In this document: piece by piece, positions 51,660 through 56,621 of the stretch | Layout of the letters: the number at the start of each line of letters is the position of its first letter | Position numbering within the stretch: the stretch's first letter is position 1 | Assembly (NCBI RefSeq): GCF_006345805.1 | Contig: NW_021833668.1 | Span: forward strand, 1-56,621 | Length of the DNA stretch: 56,621 nt | Source: Octopus sinensis | Taxonomy: Eukaryota | Direction of reading: 5' to 3' | Notes under the pieces: model-generated | Databases searched by the model: none | What the model was told of the DNA's origin: nothing | The model's input: the letters and a program-made list of their open reading frames with translations, nothing else | Position numbers and translations under genes: made by a program

Positions 51660-51941
51660 TTTCTTGTTTGTCTTAAGACTGCGGCCATGCTGGGACACCG
51701 CCTTGAAGAGCTTTTAATCGAAGGAATCAGCTCCAGTACTTATTATTATATTTCTGGTAAGCCTGGTACTTATTCTATCAGTTGGTTTTGCCGAACTGCT
51801 AAGTTACAAGAACGTAAACACACCAATATCGGTTGTCAAGCTGCGGCGGAAACATACTCACACACTCACACATACACACTCACACATACACACTCACACA
51901 TACACACACTCACATACACACACACACCTACACACGCACTG

Positions 51942-51975
<34 letters not shown>

Positions 51976-52075
51976 GACGAGATTATTTCAGTTTCAGTTT
52001 AACAAATCCATTCACGAGGCTTTGGTCAGCCCAGGACTAAAATAGAAAACACATGTGCAGAGTGTCACGCAGTTG
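51660..52075 (-). mobile_element. OR2-like SINE, diverged
   Basis: Tail and body blocks present. Confidence 0.7.
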
Positions 52076-52132
52076 GACGGCAAGGGTTTGCTTCTCCAGG
52101 TGCCGAGCCGCAAACCCACTGACTTTTTTTTC

Positions 52133-53448
52133 CAGGTTAATGTTTGCTCACGTTACCGCTTCGTATTCTTTTAGTGTCTCGCCGAGCAGGTCGATGTACT
52201 GAGGCTCGACACTATGACGGTGACGTCGTCCGCGTATGCAGACACGCTCCTCCCGCATCCCAGATCTCGCGGGATGCCCCTCAACGTCGCCACGAGCCGC
52301 AGTAGTGGCTCAAGAGTCAATACATACAGAAGCGACGAGATGGGGCATCATTGAGGAACCGAACGCATGATGTTAAATGGTCTTGATAAATCACCAATTT
52401 CGCAAAATACCGAACGATGCCGCTGTATAAGACAGCGATCCAACCGCGGAAGATGGGACCGAAACCAGCCGCATTAAGGACAGCCTCTAAGTAGTGATGG
52501 TCTACCCTATAGAACACTTTTGATTGATCCAAATTGATCAGCGCCCCACCCATGCCAATTTCCTTAACTGCCCTGTCTATGATGTAGCGCATCAGATGGA
52601 GATTGTCATGGATACTCCTACCCGGCACGGCTCACGTTTGCGCCTTGTCGACTAGCTTCTCGATGGCAAGCACCAACCTCTCGGCTAACACCTTGGCCAA
52701 AATTTTCAAATCTCCGTTGAGCAGAGTGATGGGCCTGAAGTTATCTATGACGTTCCCCTTGTTTGGATCTTTCTTTAGCAGTGCCACTGCTTCTCACTTT
52801 ACAAAGACGGGGATACTCCCGTTTTGCTGCCAGTTGCTGAAGACAACTGCCAAGACCCCTCCAAACAAGTCTGGCATATGACAATAAAGTTCGTAGGCTA
52901 GACCATCCAAGCCTGGTGACTTGTCTCTCACACAGCCTGCCATCGCATCCCGTACGTCCGCGGCTGTGATGGGTCTTTCACAACACTCCACCTCTCTTGC
53001 TGGGAGTCGTGGCAGGCCATGCAGGTAGGCACTAAGGTCCACCCTGCATTCTGACCAAACAGTTGTCCCGAACAGTCGGGCAAAGTGTTGTTGAAAGGGC
53101 TCACACCTCCTTTCAGGCTCGGGTACTTCACGTTTCTGTTAATCTGTCAGGTAACTCTGTTGCCTCGTTGGGCCTCCGCCACTCGGGTCTCTCGGGCGGC
53201 TTCACCTCCTTCGTCCCTCAGAGCACGCATACTAGCTCTGACACCCCATCCTTTGTGTTTGGCGTTGAAGTGTTGGTCGAGGGCTAACCTCGCCGCCAGT
53301 ACGTTGGATGCGATGCCAGTTCTATGTGCCTCTTCTAATTTCTTAACTAGGTCTCCCTCTGTTCTATTTCGGTCTAATGTTAGGGCCTTAGTGTACCTAA
53401 CCGATTCTGCTTTAATTGCTTTCTTTAGGGCATACCATCATCTGTTGT
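52133..53448 (-). mobile_element. L1/Tx1-clade LINE ORF2 fragment
   Basis: KSPGLDGLAYELY, PGRSIHDNLHLMRY, INLDQSKVFYRVDH, SAYADD. Confidence 0.88.
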
Positions 53449-53454
53449 TGAGAT

Positions 53455-53574
53455 GATAGATAGACAGATAGACAGACAGAGGCATAGATAGATAGATGGC
53501 TAGGTAGATAGATAGATAGATAGATAGATGGATGGATAGATAGATAGATGATAGATAGATAGATAGATAGATAT

Positions 53575-53628
<54 letters not shown>

Positions 53629-53655
53629 GGATGGATGGATGGATGAATGGATGGA
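53455..53655. repeat. (GATA)n/(GATG)n
   Basis: Direct reading. Confidence 0.95.
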
Positions 53656-53796
53656 TGGAATGAAAAAAAGCTAGATAGAGAGAGAAGAGTTCATGAGATA
53701 TTTGTGAAGAAATTTTCGTGTGCCAATTATGGCTGACGATCGAAATAAATGTGACGCTGAATGCAGCAAATTTTCTCTTTCTAATTCTTTTTTCAG

Positions 53797-54027
53797 ATTT
53801 ATAGACAACATCGATATGGTGAGTTGCAGTTCCACTTGGGAAATAAAAACATTTACATCGTACCTCATGGCATCATCTTTACCAATCCCAATGACTTGGA
53901 GATTAACCGCTTTTTGAACACAGTTGAATTCTTCGTCATCCGACTCAGAAGGAAGCTGGACGAATTTGATGGAAACATTTTAAATGACGACCAAATACAA
54001 AGAGACATTTTAAGCGTTCTGACATAG
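53797..54027 (+). CDS. Probable terminal coding exon of an unidentified host gene
   Basis: Branch-point-like CTAAT plus TTCTTTTTTCAG acceptor; 76 open codons from the first base (IYRQHRYGELQFHLGNKNIYIVPHGIIF...DILSVLT*); unique 3' sequence with AATAAA at 54347. Confidence 0.6.
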   Translation: MYRQHRYGELQFHLGNKNIYIVPHGIIFTNPNDLEINRFLNTVEFFVIRLRRKLDEFDGNILNDDQIQRDILSVLT

Positions 54028-54346
54028 CAGCGCCCAGAATCCCACATATGATGTATAAGGTCCACATGTTCAATTCTTACATGACTCAGAACTTTTGGAG
54101 GGAGTGAGCGTTATCAGAGAGGGATCATTCTGGATCGGAGTCCTTAGCTTGCTCTTGATATGCAGTTGCTTTCCTTGTCCCAATCCGGGACCTTAATATG
54201 GCCGGAAGCGATATTTTTCTGTGTCAATGTTTCCTTTGATGGATTTAGTTGAATGTGTAGGCGTCACTTCAGAGCAATATGTTGTTCTATTAGTTTTCGA
54301 TTTTCGATTTTCTTTGATTGGTTTGTTTTCTTCGGTTGCCTTGAGC

Positions 54347-54352
54347 AATAAA
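54347..54352 (+). promoter_or_regulatory. Candidate polyadenylation signal
   Basis: AATAAA about 320 nt after the stop codon. Confidence 0.4.
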
Positions 54353-54599
54353 ATTATAAATACCTACATATACATAAATACCTACATGTGTATGTCTATA
54401 AGACAGAGTACGATATAATGGTCGTTAAACACTCTGTTTTTTTTGGGTTTTTTTTAGTCCTTTATTCTTTTATTGGTTTCAGTCATTTCCCATTTAGTGA
54501 GGGAGCAGTGCATGCCATCAAAGTGACACTGGGGTAAAATATAAAAAGCCTAGTATACCCATCATGAGTACCCGTCTGATAAGGATACACCAGGCACAT

Positions 54600-55035
54600 G
54601 CAATGCAATTATTACGATGATGCTGATGATGATGATGACGATGATGATGGCGATGATGACGTTGATGTTGATGGTGATGATGATGATGATGATAATGACG
54701 ACGACAACAACGACGATGACGACGATAACGAGGATTATGATGATGACGATCACAGTGATGATGATGACGATGATGATGATGATGATGAGGATAAGGATGA
54801 GGATGATGGTAATGATGATGATGAGGATGATGATGATGGTAATGATGATGATGAGAATGATGATGATAATGATGATGATGGTAATGATGATGATGAGGAT
54901 GATGATGATGGTAATGATGATGATGATGATGATGATGATGACAACGACGAACGACAAACCACGACGACGACGAGATGATAATGATGGTGACGAAGATGAC
55001 ATCGCTGACAATGACGAGCATGGTAATGCTGGTGA
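54600..55035. repeat. (GAT)n-rich tract
   Basis: Direct reading; source of the poly-Asp, poly-His and poly-Met ORFs. Confidence 0.95.
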
Positions 55036-55091
55036 TGCAGAGAGATGCAGACTGTGCTGGAAAGACGGATGGAGAGATAAAACTGATAGAG

Positions 55092-55133
<42 letters not shown>

Positions 55134-55815
55134 GAGAGAGAGACGGAGAGCGAGGAAGATTTGCAGTTACGACAGAGAATGCATCATATTTTAGCGCAGT
55201 CAGCTTGTTCGCGCGCGTGTGTGTGTGTGTCTGTGTGTGTGTGTGTGTGTGTTGTGTGTTATAAATATCATCAGTGTTCGTTATTAGCTGATGGAGGTAA
55301 TTAGTAAACTTGATTGCAGTCAGTTTATTTCAGCTGATCGCCAACTAATTATATAACAACACACATACAAACACAAACACACATATATACATGTGGAAAG
55401 AGACGCACAAACATATACATACATACACACGCATACAGTCACACACACACACACACACACGTATATAGAGACAGAGATACATAAAAACATACACTTTCAA
55501 ACACATCCACACACACACACACATATGGAAAGCAACACACAAACGTACACGTTCACACACACTCATACCCTCACGCACGCACACACACCACACATATATA
55601 TATAGACACACACACACACACACACACATAATATATGCACACATTTACACACACAAATATAGTCACATAGACTATATGGTTGTCATTGCGTTGCGCACTC
55701 GTACGTACACATCTGCGTATGTGTATGCGTGTGTGTGCGCGTGTGCATGTGTGTCTGTGAGTGTGTCTGTGTGTGTATGAATATGTATTGTGTATCTATC
55801 TATAGTCTTTTACTC

Positions 55816-56019
55816 TTTTACTTGTTTCAGTCATTGGATTGCGGCCATGCTGCAGCACCGCCTTTGTAGTCGAACAAATCGATCCCAGGACTTCTTCTTT
55901 GTAAGCATAGAACTTATTCTATCGGTCACATTTGCCGAACCGGTAAGTTACGGGAACGTGAATACATCAATATCGGTTGTCGAGCGATGGTGGGAGGGGG
56001 ACAAACACAAGCACAAATA

Positions 56020-56084
<65 letters not shown>

Positions 56085-56261
56085 ACACACACACACATAT
56101 TCGACAAGCTTTTTTCCAGTTTCCGTCTACCAGATCCACTCACAAGGCTTTGGCGGGCCCGAGGCTATAGTAGAAGACACTTGCCCAAGGTTCCAGGCAG
56201 TGGGACTGAACCAGGAACCCTGTGGTAGGTAAGCTTCTTACTACACGGCCACGCCTGCGCC
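55816..56261 (-). mobile_element. Full-length OR2-like SINE with long internal (CA)n
   Basis: Minus head GGCGCAGGCGTGGCCGTGTAGTAAG; body and tail collinear with the 14792 copy. Confidence 0.9.
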
Positions 56262-56621
56262 TATGTATCTATATACATAAACACACAGTCACATGTGCAT
56301 ACATATGCGCGCAATCAGATTTGCAACTGTAATTCATCTCTGACTTTCTTTCTCTCCCTATATCTCGCCCTCTCTTTCTATCTATGTCTTTGTTTCTCTT
56401 TCTCTTTCTCATTTCTTTTGCAATGTGTGTCTATACATATTTCTGTGTGTATATATGTTTATTTGTGTTTCTGTGGATCTGTAATTCGAGGAAAGTGTAT
56501 GAATCGGTTATGAATATGTGTGTATATCTGTGTATATATGTGTGTGTGTGCGCTCGCGCGTGTATGTGTATGTTTGTGTCGGTATGATAGATCGCTAGCC
56601 ACTACAACATTTTTCTCTCTC

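Overview
Eukaryotic, repeat-saturated DNA. The tRNA-derived SINE families and the extreme microsatellite load point to an octopus genome (inference from recognised repeats, not a database hit). Most ORFs in the supplied track are translations of microsatellites and are not genes. The window looks like mostly intronic sequence of a plus-strand host gene: one well-supported terminal exon at 53797-54027 and a few weak upstream exon candidates. It is filled with SINEs, CR1, RTE, Tx1 and R4/Dong-type LINE fragments, Tc1/maT DNA transposons, MITEs and a Penelope-like GIY-YIG fragment. The main hidden signal is a dense set of about a dozen minimal type I hammerhead ribozyme motifs or half-motifs in several unrelated short non-coding elements, mostly next to (TA)n tracts. 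Nearly all have a palindromic stem III. Several sit inside long inverted repeats that put a hammerhead on each strand. One appears to carry a compensatory G3:C8 swap of the catalytic-core pair. All folds were done by eye, and element boundaries are approximate unless a terminal repeat is quoted.
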